In this document: positions 50,776-63,429 of the stretch, piece after piece
Layout of the letters: each line of letters begins with the position of its first letter
Numbering within the stretch: position 1 is the first letter of the stretch
Assembly: GCA_951406725.2 (NCBI GenBank)
Contig: OX597816.1
Span: forward strand, 620,001 to 684,000
Length of the DNA: 64,000 nt
Direction: 5' to 3'
Origin: Octopus vulgaris
Taxonomy: Eukaryota
Translations under genes and position numbers: made by a program
Notes under the pieces: generated by a model
The model's input: only the letters and a program-made list of their open reading frames with translations
Database searches by the model: none
What the model was told of the DNA's origin: nothing

Positions 50776-51343
50776 AAAATTAAGAAAGGGTAGAAATTGA
50801 TATTAATCAATTAAAAAAACCAGTGGTTTAGCATATTTCTAAAAAATCCGAAGATTAAACATTTTTTTACACACAAAATTTCGTGGTCAGTCCTCTAAAT
50901 TTTGTATGTAAATATATATATAATCGATCAGTTGTTCATAACTATAAAAAAAAAAAGCATTCTAAACAATTTTTTAAGCTGTAATATTTTATGTAGTCGT
51001 TGTAGAGACTCGGACTTCTCTGCTTGCCGGACTAGTGAACAGAAATCATATTTATACGGACTCTTCGGATGCAACGCGAACCGGTCTAAGGGAGATAACA
51101 CCATCTTGCCCACAAGGAGCTGACACTTCAAAAAAATTTCATTCCGGTTTTTTTTCCTGTTTTTTCCTCACAAGCCTGGCTGAACAACACCATATTCGCA
51201 TCTCCATTAGTACACGGTTATGTCCACCAGGCCTACAGCTCTGATGAATCACCTATATTGCTAAGGGTAATAATAGACGTAAAATCAATGGTAACTTGCT
51301 GACAAGCCACAAGCAAAGACTACATTATAAATATATATATATA

Positions 51344-52603
51344 TCTTTATATATAAAACTGTAGTTGTGAGTGTCTGTCTCCTACGATTTAGATTCCTAA
51401 CTCCTCCCACATTTTGCGGTGCAGCTTAACCAAATTCGGGTATCTAATAGTCGTGATTCATATCGAGCCCGTCTGGCTATTAGCGCGCGTCTACGATGAG
51501 TCTACGATTTTTAAAATAATTTAACATTTTTTATTCCATTTTAATGCATAATTTTTCGTGTGTCGATGGCGGCGGAGTTGGCGTCCACGCTCAAACACCT
51601 GCACCTGTGTTTGCTTCTCCCCCTTCTTCCCTCCCTCGTGAAGCTGTGGGGAAGGGAGTATAAAGAAATCAATGTCGTAATGCGTTGTCAAGGAGACCAG
51701 CGTTCTTTTAGAACAACGACTTCATGGCTTGAAGACACCAAAACAGAAATGGCTAAGAAAGTCCGAATTGGCATCTATAAGGGAAGTAACTCTCTAAAAA
51801 TGCTTATATAGTTATTTCCCCTACAAACCCGAGCAACGCCGGGCGATACTGCTAGTCTTTATATATAAAAGTAAGGTTGTGTGTCTGTCTACTCCAATTT
51901 AGATTCCTAACTACTCCCACATTTTGCGGTGCAGTTTAACCAAAACCGGGTATCTTATAGTCGTGATTCATATCGAGCCCTTCTGGGTATTAGCGCGCGT
52001 CTACGATTTTAAAAATAATTTACTATCATTTTTTTCCGTTTTAATGCATATTTTTTAATATAAGGGAAGTAACTCTCTAAAAATGTCTACGATGAGTCAA
52101 CGATTTAAAAAGAAATTTACCATCATATTTTTCCATTTTTAATGCATTTTTTTGCTATTTTTTGGCTATAACTCTCTAAAAATGCTTTATAGTTATTTCC
52201 CTTACAAATCCGAGCAACGCCGGGCGATACTGCTAGTATATATATATAAAGCTGAAGTTGTCTGTGTGTGGCAGGTTTGGTAGCCTTCAACTAACACTAT
52301 CTCCTCCGAGAACCTGTGGAGCAAGTTGACCAAAATTGAGAGTATGATAAAAAGAAGGCTTGCTCTTCCTTCCGTAGAATAGGACTATGTTAAGACCAAA
52401 AATTATTTACATCAAAAAAGTGCTTTTTTTCTATGAAAATCCCGATTTTTTGACTGCTGGGTCGCCATTTTTCGCTGTGTTTCAACCAGAAAAATGTTCA
52501 CTTAAAGAGAATAACAAGCTGCATAATGCAAAATTTTACTTTTCAAAAATTCCAATTCTAAAGGGTCAAAACAAACCCGAGCAACGCCGGGCGATTCTGC
52601 TAG
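51344..52603 (+). mobile_element. Tandem array of three non-autonomous Helitrons (51344-51855, 51856-52236, 52237-52603)
   Basis: Units 1 and 2 start with TC. All three end in a CCGAGCAACGCCGGG hairpin plus CTAG. Confidence 0.88.
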
Positions 52604-52738
52604 TATATATATATATATATATATATCCGGTTCTTGACTGAAGATTGAAGGCTTCGAATGTCCCGTCCGTGTTTTTTGTATCGTCTTCTAAATGTTTTAC
52701 GTTCTTGTCCCAGTTTGTATTTTTCTACATATAATATA

Positions 52739-52784
<46 letters not shown>

Positions 52785-52786
<2 letters not shown>

Positions 52787-53045
52787 AGGCGCAATGGCCC
52801 ACTGGTAGGGCAGCAGACTCGTGGTCGTAGGATCGCGATTTCGATTCCCAGACTGGGCGTTGTGAGTGTTTATTGAGTGAAAACACCTTAAAGCTCCACG
52901 AGGCTCCGGCAGGGGGTGGTGATCCCTGCTGTACTCTTTCACCACTCTTTCTTCTGTTGGCCTGCTCGCTTAGCCAGCGGGGTGGCGTCGTTCGAAGGCT
53001 AAAACAATGTGAAGTGCATTGTGACCAGCGATGTGTAACAACGTG
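52785..53045 (+). mobile_element. Third tRNA-derived SINE family
   Basis: GGCGCAATGGCCCACTGGTAGGG...TTCGATTCCC head. Relatives at about 2535-2700(+) and 63010-63240(-). Confidence 0.7.
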
Positions 53046-53351
53046 ATATATATATATATATATATATAGGGAGAGAATTCGCAAAAAAAAACAAAAGACG
53101 AAGACAGGTGGTGTAAACAACAGCTATATTAGTATAACGCTATAACTATATATATATATATATATAGGTATGTTGGTACGCTATAGTCAAAGGGACGTAC
53201 ACTTGGAATGTAATAGGTTGACATTCAGTATAAGATGGAAAATAAGGGAGTGTAGAATGTTTTGAATATGGTTTTTTGACAAAAAGAGGAGAGAGGAAAG
53301 GTCCAGAGAAAAGGAAAGAAAGTCCAAAGAACATGGCTGATATATATATCC

Positions 53352-56300
53352 ACATCATCATTGTTGTTTGTGTAACTTCCGCTTTCCATGCTGGTATGGG
53401 TTGGACAGTTTGACTGAGGGCTGGCGAGCCAGAAAGCATAGTGGGCACTTTTAGATGCCATTGGTACGAAGGCCACTCAGGTAGTACTGGCATCGACCAC
53501 GCTCAAATGGTACTTTTTATGAGTCACTTCCACGGGAGCCAGTCCAGCAGCACTAACAACAACCATACTTGAATGGTGTTTTTTACGTGCCACCTCCACA
53601 AGAGCCAGTCATGCGACACTGGCAATGATCACACTCGAATGGTACTTTTTACGTGCCACCGGCATCGGAGCCAGCCAGCAGCTGTGGAAGTGATCACACT
53701 CGAATGGTGCTTGTAATGTCCCACTGGCACGAGTGCCAATCAGGCGGAACTGTCATCAGCCACGACAACGATTTCACTTGCCTCAACAGGTCTTCTCAAG
53801 CGTAGTTTATTGTCCAATGATTGAAGGGTGCTCTTAAATGGGCTGGTTATATAGCACTGGCACAGGCCACGGTTATGGTCTTACTTGGCTTACTGGGTCT
53901 TCTCAAACACAGCATATCTCCAAAGGTCTCAGTCACTTGTCATTGCCTCGGTGAGGCCCAATGTTCAAAGGTCATGCTTCACCACCTTATCCCAAGTCCT
54001 CCTCTTCCACAGGTTCCCTCCACTGCTAGGTTGTGATACTTTACACACAGCTGTCCTCATCTATTCGCAACACATGACCATACCAGTGCAGCTGTCTCTC
54101 TTGCACACCTCATCTGATGCTTCTTATGTCCAGCTTTTCTCTCAGGGCGCTTACACAGTGTTGTGTATGCACACTGACATTACACAACCAGTGGACCATA
54201 CTGGCTTCATTCCTTGCAAGCTTATGCATGTCCTCAGCAGTCATAGCCCATGTTTCACTGCCATGTAGCATGGCTGTTCGCACACATGCATCATACAGTC
54301 TACCTTTTACTCTGAGCAAGAGGCCCTTTGTCACCAGCAAAGGTAGAAACTCTCTGAACTTTGCCCAGGCTATTCTTATTCTAGCAGCTACACTTTCAGT
54401 GCACCCGCCTCTGCTACTGACTTTGTCACCTAGATAACAGATGCTATCAACTACTTCTAGTTTTTTTCCCCCTGGAATGTGACGGAAGCTGTTCTCTGCA
54501 CATTTTCAATGTTTATTGCTCCTGAGCATCTGCCACATACAAAAACTATCTTCCCAGTTAGCCTTCCTTTGATACTACTGCATCTCTTATGTGTCCATTG
54601 CTTTATCTGGGTACATCTTATAGAGTTTTTACCTATCCCTTTCTACTGATCAAGCAGGGCCATCTACCTGAAGAGATTTGTAGTTTGTCTGCCTTCCTAC
54701 TTATTGAGACTTTGGTTTCTGCTAGGTTGTTTCTAAGGCCCTTCAATTCTAATCCTTGCTTCCACACTTGAAACTTCTCCTCCAGTTCTGATATTGACTT
54801 AGCAATTAGAGCAAGGTTATCAGCATAGAGAAGCTCCCAGAAGCATCCTGTCTTGAATTCCTCTGATATTGCCTGGAGGATTATAAGAGGGGGCTGAGGA
54901 CTGATCCTTGGTGGACCCCTACCTCTACCCGGAATTCTTCACTGTACTTGTTGCCTACACTCACCTTACTGACGGCATCCCTGTACATGGCTTGCACAGC
55001 TCTCACTAACCATTCATCTATCCCTAGTTTCCTCATTGACCACCAGATAATGGATCAGGGCGACCCTGTCAAAGGCTTTCTCCATGTCAACGAAAGCCAG
55101 GTACAGGGGCTTATCTTTGGCTGGGTATTTCTCCTGCAGCTGTCTTACCAGAAATATAGCATCAGTGGTGCTTTTCCCTGGCATGAACCCAAACTGCATC
55201 TCATCTAAACTGACTCTCTCCCTAATTGGTTGGGCTGTGACCTTCATTACCTGATCCAACAGCTTGATACCTCTGTAATTATTTGTATCTAAAGCATCAC
55301 CTTTACCTTTGTAGCATTTGATTATGGTGCTTCTACACCAGTCATTGGGTATGACTCCTTTATGTATTACCTGGTTGACTATATGGGTGACTAGACAATA
55401 GCCAACAGAGCCAGATATTTTAAGCATCTCTGCAGGGATTCCTGATGGGCCAAGGGCTTTCCTTGTCTTCATACCTTTAATTGCTTTATCTACCAAGGTA
55501 CTGGAATGTGACAGAAGCTGTTCTCTGCACATTTTCAATGTTTATTGCTCCTGAGAATTTGCCACACAGTAAAACAATCTTTCAAGTAAGCCTTCCTTTG
55601 ATATTGCTGCACATCTTATGTGTGCATAGCTTACACTGGGTACATCTTATGGAGTTTCTACCTCTGCCTTTTCTACAGATCAATTTCGGATAGCTGGTCG
55701 CTCTGTTGAGTTGACATTCGGCAGATTCTCTTTCTCCCATTCATTCCCTTCATTTAGCAACCTTTCATAATGGTGTCTCCAAGCCTCTTTCCTTGCAGCC
55801 TCGTTAAATGCAAGTTAGCCATTATCCATGCGGACACATTTCTCTCCTACGACATCCTGATTCTCTCTCACACACTGCCTTGCAATACAAAACACCTCAA
55901 GTCTTTGGTCCTCACGACACAGAACATTGGCAAATTTTTTATCTGCTTCCCCTCTGGCTAAATAAGCCTGTCTCCTAGCTTCCCTTTTGGCAGTTTGATA
56001 CACTTCCCTGCTACCACTGTTCTTCCAGTCCTTCCAAGCCTGTTTCTTTTTTCTAATAGACCTGTCAACTACATTGTTCCACCAACACGTTACCTTGGGT
56101 TGAGAGGGGACTTTGCACCATCCACAGATATGGTCAGCGGCCCTCAAAAAGTTGTCTTCCCCATCATGTGATGCTATATTCTCCTCCATTTTGTCAAAAG
56201 CTTTGAGTAGCATGTCTCTAAATCTCTGTCCATTCACAGGATCCTTAAGCTTCCAGACCCTTCTCTTCCATGCTGGTCATCTTCTGGGCATCCATTTAGC

Positions 56301-56895
56301 TCTGATCCTGAAGTTGCTAACTTACTAATCTATGTTGTGGGGTGCATTGTTCACCTCAGAAGGTTTTGGCATTTATAAGCAACCATCTTTCCCGTTTCCT
56401 GGCAAGGATGTAGTCAATTTGGCTAGTGTGTCTACCAGATCGGGAGGTGAATAGATGACTGGCAGGTTTCTTGAAGTTAGTATTACAAACCATAAGATTA
56501 TTTGTAACGCAGAACTCCAAGAGCCTGGTTCCCTCCCCATTGCAAGAACCAAAACCATAGCCTCCATGTACGCCATGAAAACCCCCTGTATGTTGTCCAA
56601 CATGTCCATTGAAGTCACCAGCCACAAAGAGAAGGTCCTTGTCATTCGTCAACAAGGTAATCTGCAAGAGGGTGTCATAAAATCGGTCTTTCTGTCTATC
56701 AGGTAGCCCCAGCTGGTGGGTATAGGCCGAGATAATGGTTGCTAACCCATGATGCAGCATTAATCTAATCTTAAGTATTCTATCGCAGACTCTGCCTACC
56801 TCAATTACCCATTTCTCCGCAAGAAGTATACCCACGCCCCTGACCCTATCAGTGTTCCCTGCCCAGAAAATCTTATACTCTAGCAGAACCACCTC
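53352..56895 (-). mobile_element. Nearly full-length, degraded RTE LINE (APE endonuclease plus RT plus 3' UTR)
   Basis: Endonuclease motifs GVGILL, AGDFNGHVG and SQIDYIL; RT motifs; (CAT)n end on +. Confidence 0.92.
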
Positions 56896-56914
56896 TCCAT
56901 CTTTATTATATATA

Positions 56915-57600
56915 TTGTCATCATCATCAATGCTGTTTAACATTCGATTGCCATGCTGTCATGGGTCGGACAGTTTAACTGAGGACTGGCAAGCCAGGAG
57001 GCTGCACCAGGTTCCAATCTGATTTGACTAGTTTTCCCTGGCACAAACCCAAACTGCATCTCATCTAGACTGACTCTCTCCCAAATTAGTTGGGCTATGA
57101 CCCTCTCCATGACTTTCATTACCTGACCCAACAACTTGATACCTCTGTAATTATTTGTATCTAACGTGTCACCTTTACCTTTGTAGCAGTTGATTATGGT
57201 GCTGCTTATGATTATGGATGCCTTTTATGTGCCACAGAAGCCAGTCAGGTGACACTGGCATCAATCATGTTCGAATGGTCTTTTTGATGCGCCAGTTAAG
57301 TGACACTGGTATCAGTTACGCCTGAATGGTGCTTTTTACATGCCACTGGCATGGATACCAGTCAAGCAGCTGGTATAAAGCAGTATCACAGGTAATGTGC
57401 AAGAGACAGGACTGTGCTGGTATGGTTATGTGATGAAGACAGCTGCATAAAGAAGTCTCTCTCTAAATGTGGAAGAAGAAGACCGAGAAAGATGTGGGAC
57501 AAAGTAGTGAAAAATGATCTTCAGATGTTTAGCTTAACAGAGGAGATGACAAAGAACTGAGACAATTGATGATTTGCTGTGCTTGATAAGACCCATCCAG
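56915..57600. mobile_element. Cluster of rearranged RTE fragments
   Basis: A 3' tail (-), an RT fragment EMQFGFVPGK (-) and a 3' coding fragment (+). Confidence 0.7.
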
Positions 57601-58655
57601 CCGAGTGAAATGGAGACTCAAAAGGAGTGTCCTTTGTGCCCATGACCCACCACCATCCTCTGTATTCTCCTCCCAGCCTTCCCTATTGAATCCCTTCTCC
57701 ACAACATATCTTCCTAACAAACCCTCCCTTCCACTTCCCATTTTCTTTTCCCAATCTTACAAACTCATCCACCCATTCCCCCTATCCAATCCTTGGTCCC
57801 ACTTATATACACATCCCTATAACTCGAGTGTACCCTACCCCATATCTACCCATCACATCTTTACTGCAAGACATTCATTTCTATCCCTCCATCTTTACTC
57901 TAACCACATGACCAGCCCTGCCCCTGCTTTTCTTCCCTTTGTTCACATAAACCTGCCTCCTTCTCTTCTTTTGTCCCATTCATCTAAAGAGGGCCTCAGC
58001 CTTGCATGTAGCATGGCATCCTCACCAGTGCTGGGGCTACAAATAAAAAAAAGCATCCATTACTTTCTGTAAAGTGGTCGATGTTAGGAAGAGCGTTCAA
58101 CCATAGAAACCATGCCAAAGCAGATACAAGTCATCCAACCTCGCAGATCCTGTCAAACCATCCATTCATTAATGCAATGAATAATGTACAAGGGTGGAAG
58201 TGGGGAACAATGGTAAATACCATCAGTAAGGGGGAGAATGTAAAAGAAATGGCTGAGGAAGGCAAATGTAGTAAGTAGCCGGACAAGAGGAATACAGAGC
58301 AAAGCTTTTTAATCGTTCCTGCATAAAATATATCAGCACAAATTTTCTTCATTCTAAAATGATCTCTCTTAGAGTTTCCATGGTAAAGTTTGAAAAATCA
58401 TCAATAATTAGTGAACATTAATTTGCAGAGGTAAAAACTGTAATATTTATTTAATTTTTTTTCTTTCTTTTTTGTAAAAATATTTAAATTTAACATAAAG
58501 AGCTATAAAAAAACAAATACAATCTTTGAAAAGAGTGTGTGTCTGTAGCCAGATACTAAATACAGCCAGTAATGAATCATGGTTATATAAAAATAAATCT
58601 ATAGCTTTATATCAACGGACTTCAATAAGACCATTGTGATGGTTGATTAACAGAT

Positions 58656-58862
58656 TCAAGCTGATGGCAGTTCGAAAGCCGCTGCATAACGACCTGTAAC
58701 ATGATGGAAAATCTGCCTTTCAATGTCCCCCAAAAGGGAAGAGGCACCAATTCTGAATAAATGAGGCTGTGTCCATTCATCTCCAAGTTCTTCTTTCATT
58801 AATGAGAGCCATGTACAAGCATCTTTGGCAGAATGAATACCACCAGCTGCTTTGAAACCAAC
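58656..58862 (-). CDS. DERA: DERA terminal exon (VGFKAAGGIHSAKD...FRIGASSLLGDIERQIFHHVTGRYAAAFELPSA*)
   Basis: attacag acceptor, 207 nt to TGA. GFK.AGGI and RIGAS motifs. AATAAA on - at 58446-58451. Confidence 0.96.
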   Translation of the reverse strand, partial: VGFKAAGGIHSAKDACTWLSLMKEELGDEWTQPHLFRIGASSLLGDIERQIFHHVTGRYAAAFELPSA

Positions 58863-61490
58863 CTGTAATATAGGAAGAAAAAGAGAATGTAAACTAAATG
58901 TTTAGCAACATGGTTAAAAAATAAATACATCTTTTTAACTGATTCAAATTATTAGACACACTTGCAATAGAAATACTTCTAAATGGTCATCATTGTGTTT
59001 TAATGTCCACTTTTCCATGCTCTCATTTGTTGAGGTAGACTTATCCATGGCTGGATGCCCAAAGTCTCACCTGTTTCCAAGCAAGGTAAAGTTTCCTCTT
59101 GGCCACGTGCTTCCATGAACATTTGGAAATGAAGGACACTGCCTGTATGGCAGTGATGCTTATTTGCAACTATGCTGTGGAATCAAGACATGGATATGCT
59201 TATACACACGAATGATGGGTTTCTTTAAGTTTTCATCAAACAAATCCATTCACAAGACTTTGGTTGGCCTGGGTCTATAGTAGATGACACTTGCCCAAGG
59301 AGCTGTGCAGTGGGACTGAACCGGAAACCATGAGGTTGGGGAGCAAACTTCTCAATCATCCACTTCTGTCTGCATCATGATCCTAATTTTTAAACCTGTT
59401 TCCCCATGATTCCATCAGTTGAATGGGGGCCCTTCTGCAGCACAGTGTTTTCCCACTTATTGTAGTCACTTTTCATTGCCTTTCTAAGTTTCTGCTGCCT
59501 GAGATCAGTTTTCACCATGTCAACTCGTGTCTTCCTCTCTTTTAAACAGGTTCTTTCCACTTGGTACTTTTTCTCTCTACTTGGAGAGATTCTCCTGTTG
59601 GAGACAACAAACGAGGATTCTGCAACAAACTGCACAAATGTTTGTGCTGAACGTTAGCTCACTCCCTCCATCAAATCAGATGTCGAAATGACCACAGAGC
59701 AACATGGAGTGAAGTGCTTTGCTCAAGAGTACAATGCACAACCCGGTATAGGAACTGAAACTACAATCTTGCAATAACGAATACAACAACCAAACCACCA
59801 GGCCAATTAGCTTCTTGTTTGCACATCTGATTCCTCTTTCACACTCTCATTGCATATCCAGCACAGAAAGCTCAGTCTTCACACATCCTTTCAGTCTGCT
59901 AACATGCAACAAGGTAGTCAGAATCTACCTCTCACTCAAAGAGAGAATCCCTTTATTTCTAACCTAAGCTACCAACTACTTCTATGGAGCCTTCCAAGGA
60001 TTTAAAAGAATTAATTTCAAAGGCTGACCCCTGCCATATGAGATGGCTTCCATTTCTGTCAGTCTGCCCATCACAATCATTACATATTTATAAGTGGATG
60101 GCAGAAATGGTCTCAGACAAAGTAATTAATTGAATTTTGTTACAATATCTAAGTTCCAAACTCAGTCAGATTCATTTCGCTTTGGTTTCTTCAAAGATCA
60201 AAAAAAGGACAAATTAAAGACATCAATTCTGGTCAAATGAGTGAAACTTATAACAGAAACACTAGCTGCGTGTCTTTTTTTTATTAAAAACTTTCTTTCA
60301 TTCCTTATTGCATCTTTGTTTTCTTATTGTGTTTGTAAGCAAAAAGCTTGTTTTTCTTATCTAAAATGTCTCACTGAAATGAATACCATTCCTTTCATAA
60401 AAACTGTTTTTTATGTAAAAAGTTTCTTCCTTTAAATCAAATTTCTGGAGTGTGACACAAACAGGAGTTATTATTCTATTAACACAGAGATTGTTATTTA
60501 AGGCAGTGAGCAAGTGCAGCTGTTACAGCAGTGCAAGAAAATACCTTTCAATATTTATTCCATATTTAAATCCCACTGAGATCAAAATATAACATTTTTG
60601 CAGGGACAGATTTCGTTTGTCAAATAAAATTTCTGGAGAGTAACACAAAACAGAGACAGGTAGGTAGAATGCACCATCATTATTTGGAGTCTGGTGCAAC
60701 TCCCTGACTTATCATCTCCAGTAAAACCGTCCAACCCATGCCAGCATGGAAAATGGACATTAAATGATGATTCAGCAGCGCTAGTCCATTCTGGCACAGG
60801 TTGGATGGTTTGACAGGATCCAACATGTCTGTGTTAAGTTCCAATGTCTTCTTTGGCCAGGTTTCTACAACTGGATGCCCTTCTTAATGACAATCAGTTT
60901 ACAACCCCTGAACTGGGTACTTTTATATGTGAAACCAGCACTAATGAAATTACCAAGTAGCTTGCAAGACAAGACCCCTTAATTGAGAGCAGTGCAGTAT
61001 GCCAAGGGTTGAGAGGGGTACAAAAGCTACATATTTTTAAGAAAGATGACAACAGATTCAATCATCATTTAACAAGCATCTGCCATGTTGGTATGAGTGG
61101 AAGATCTCAATCTTGGAGAGATGAAAGGCAAAGTCAAATCAAGCATATCGTCTTAGGACCTTAATAATAAGTGACCCTGAAAAAGTGAAAAGCAAAGTCG
61201 ACTATAGCAGGATTTGAGCTTAGAACATCTAGATTCAAAAGAAAGAGAATTTGAGTATTTTCTCCAATGCTTTAACAACTCTACCAATCCACAGCCCTAA
61301 CAAAAACAATAATAATAGTTTCAAAGTTTGCCACAAGGGCAGTAATTTGTGGGGAGGGGTACTTTTAAATGGGTCAGTTATGATGATTACAATAAGTCTT
61401 TGTTCATCAAAAGTTTTCAATACAATAGGAGAAAAAAGAAAATTTATTTGAATAATAATAATTTTAAAAAAAGTCATTTCTTTTTCTTGC

Positions 61491-61603
61491 CTTGTATCCA
61501 GTTTTTTTGTAATAGTCTCGGATTGCTCTGGCCATCACAATTCCTACTGGGAAAGTAGCATTCACACTTTCTTTACCAGTTGAAGTCTTGATAAAATCAC
61601 TTC
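61491..61603 (-). CDS. DERA: DERA penultimate exon (SDFIKTSTGKESVNATFPVGIVMARAIRDYYKKTGYK)
   Basis: atcacag acceptor, DFIKTSTGK signature, ends at a non-canonical AAG|gcaaga donor. Confidence 0.93.
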
Positions 61604-62075
61604 CTGTGATAACAAGAAAGATGGTAACCCTGTGAGAATCTAAAATTTATGAACAACAACAATGGCAGGTATACTATTAACGAGACCATTAAGGATTAGC
61701 AAGAAAATTTATTTGCCAACAACTGGCAATTTTATCTTTTAGCCTATAACATAAATTGAATTGTCATAAATTTATTCGTTTTTTTACTTTTACCATTTAA
61801 TTTAATCCTTTCCAATTTTATTTGAATTAACTTGAAAAATGTTTTTATGATAGTGTTTTATGTTTTCTTTTTATTCTTTTTTTTTTTTTTTTGGTAGTTC
61901 TATTCTTTCTCTACAACTTTTGTTAATCAGTTTTGAAACTTGAATAAATTTCATCTTTTTCCAAAAAGGTAACCATGGCATTGCCAAGTAGAAACTGAAA
62001 CGGATTTCTCTGACAACCCAATATTTTACACGTTGGTATATTTAAAAAAAACAAAACGACCAACAATAACCATAC

Positions 62076-62204
62076 CTGCCATCATGCAGACAACAGATGC
62101 TTTATAAACATTCACCATACTTCCAAGTTCTCCAACAGCTAAGATGGCTTTCAGGTGAGCGTCTCCACAAGCTTCTCTCATCTGTTTCACCTCATTATAG
62201 ACAC
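62076..62204 (-). CDS. DERA: DERA internal exon (VYNEVKQMREACGDAHLKAILAVGELGSMVNVYKASVVCMMAG); upstream exons lie outside the window
   Basis: ttttcag acceptor and G|gtatgg donor, 129 nt. AHLK.IL..GEL is the Schiff-base lysine region of DeoC/DERA. Confidence 0.95.
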
Positions 62205-62627
62205 CTGAAAATATGAAATAAAACAAACAAATTCAAAATAAATATCATCATCATCATCGTTTAACGTCCGTTTTCCGCGCTAGCACGGGTTGCTGTGTGT
62301 AAAGTCTTGTTTATGGTGATTTGCAAGTTTCCACTGTTTATAGCAAGTGATTGAATTGAGGGAAAACCCCACAAAATATTGTACATAGCTACCTTGGATT
62401 ACATTTTTAAATAAACATCATCATCATCTTAACTATTTCAATGTCTTCTTCCATGTACTTGATGGAATTTGTTAAGGCATAGTTTCTATGGCTGGATCCC
62501 CTTGCCATGACCAACCCTCATCTATTTCCAAGCACCTAAGTATTTCCCCTGATCTGACATATTTTCACAAAAGACTGGAAATGAGGGACACTTGTTCACA
62601 ACAATCATGCAAAATATCAAAACAAAG

Positions 62628-62629
<2 letters not shown>

Positions 62630-62675
<46 letters not shown>

Positions 62676-62684
62676 AGGCAGGCA

Positions 62685-62720
<36 letters not shown>

Positions 62721-62752
62721 GGCACTCACACACACACACTCACACACGCACT

Positions 62753-62786
<34 letters not shown>

Positions 62787-62792
62787 CACACA
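62630..62792. repeat. Compound (CA)n microsatellite
   Basis: Direct reading. Confidence 0.95.
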
Positions 62793-63333
62793 GGGTGTTT
62801 GGGATGAATTTGACAGGTTGCATAAAAGGAAAAGAAAATACAAAATCCCCTTCAAAAATAAAAGTATTTTAAAAAGTCAAAAAACACCAAATTAGATTAT
62901 GACTGGGAACTAAGTTCACTCAAAGCAGCCACTGTCAGCTTTCAGCACAGTTTCAAGAAGGGCTCCAGCACTTGGCATGTGCTCTTCACGGGACCAACCA
63001 GGCTCAGGTGTTATTAGACGTCACTGGTCACAGTGTGCTTTTGCATTGTTTTAGCCTTCAAATGACACCATCCTGCTGGCTAGGTGAGCAGGCCAACAAT
63101 CCCACCCAGATTGAAGGGGGTCTGCAGTAATGTGAAATGAAGTTTTTTGCTCAAGAATACATTGTACTGCCCAGTCAGAGAATCAAACCCACAATCTAGT
63201 GATTGTGAGTGCAACAGCCTAGCAACTAGGCCATGTGCCTTCACATTACACACACACACACACACACACACATATATCCTTCTGGTTTGCCAGTCCCCAA
63301 TCAAACTGTCCAACCCATGCCAGCATGGAAAAC

Positions 63334-63429
63334 ATATAAATTCAATCAGAGGTTAATTAGGCCTCATTAAGGGATAATAATATAAATTCAATCAGAGGTT
63401 AATTAGGCCTCATTAAGGGATAATAATAT
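63334..63429. repeat. 46-bp tandem duplication
   Basis: ATAAATTCAATCAGAGGTTAATTAGGCCTCATTAAGGGATAATAAT x2. Confidence 0.9.

Noticed and set aside
51235-51290. CTGATGA as a third hammerhead
   Set aside because: The GAAA core and stems are not intact; at most a decayed remnant.
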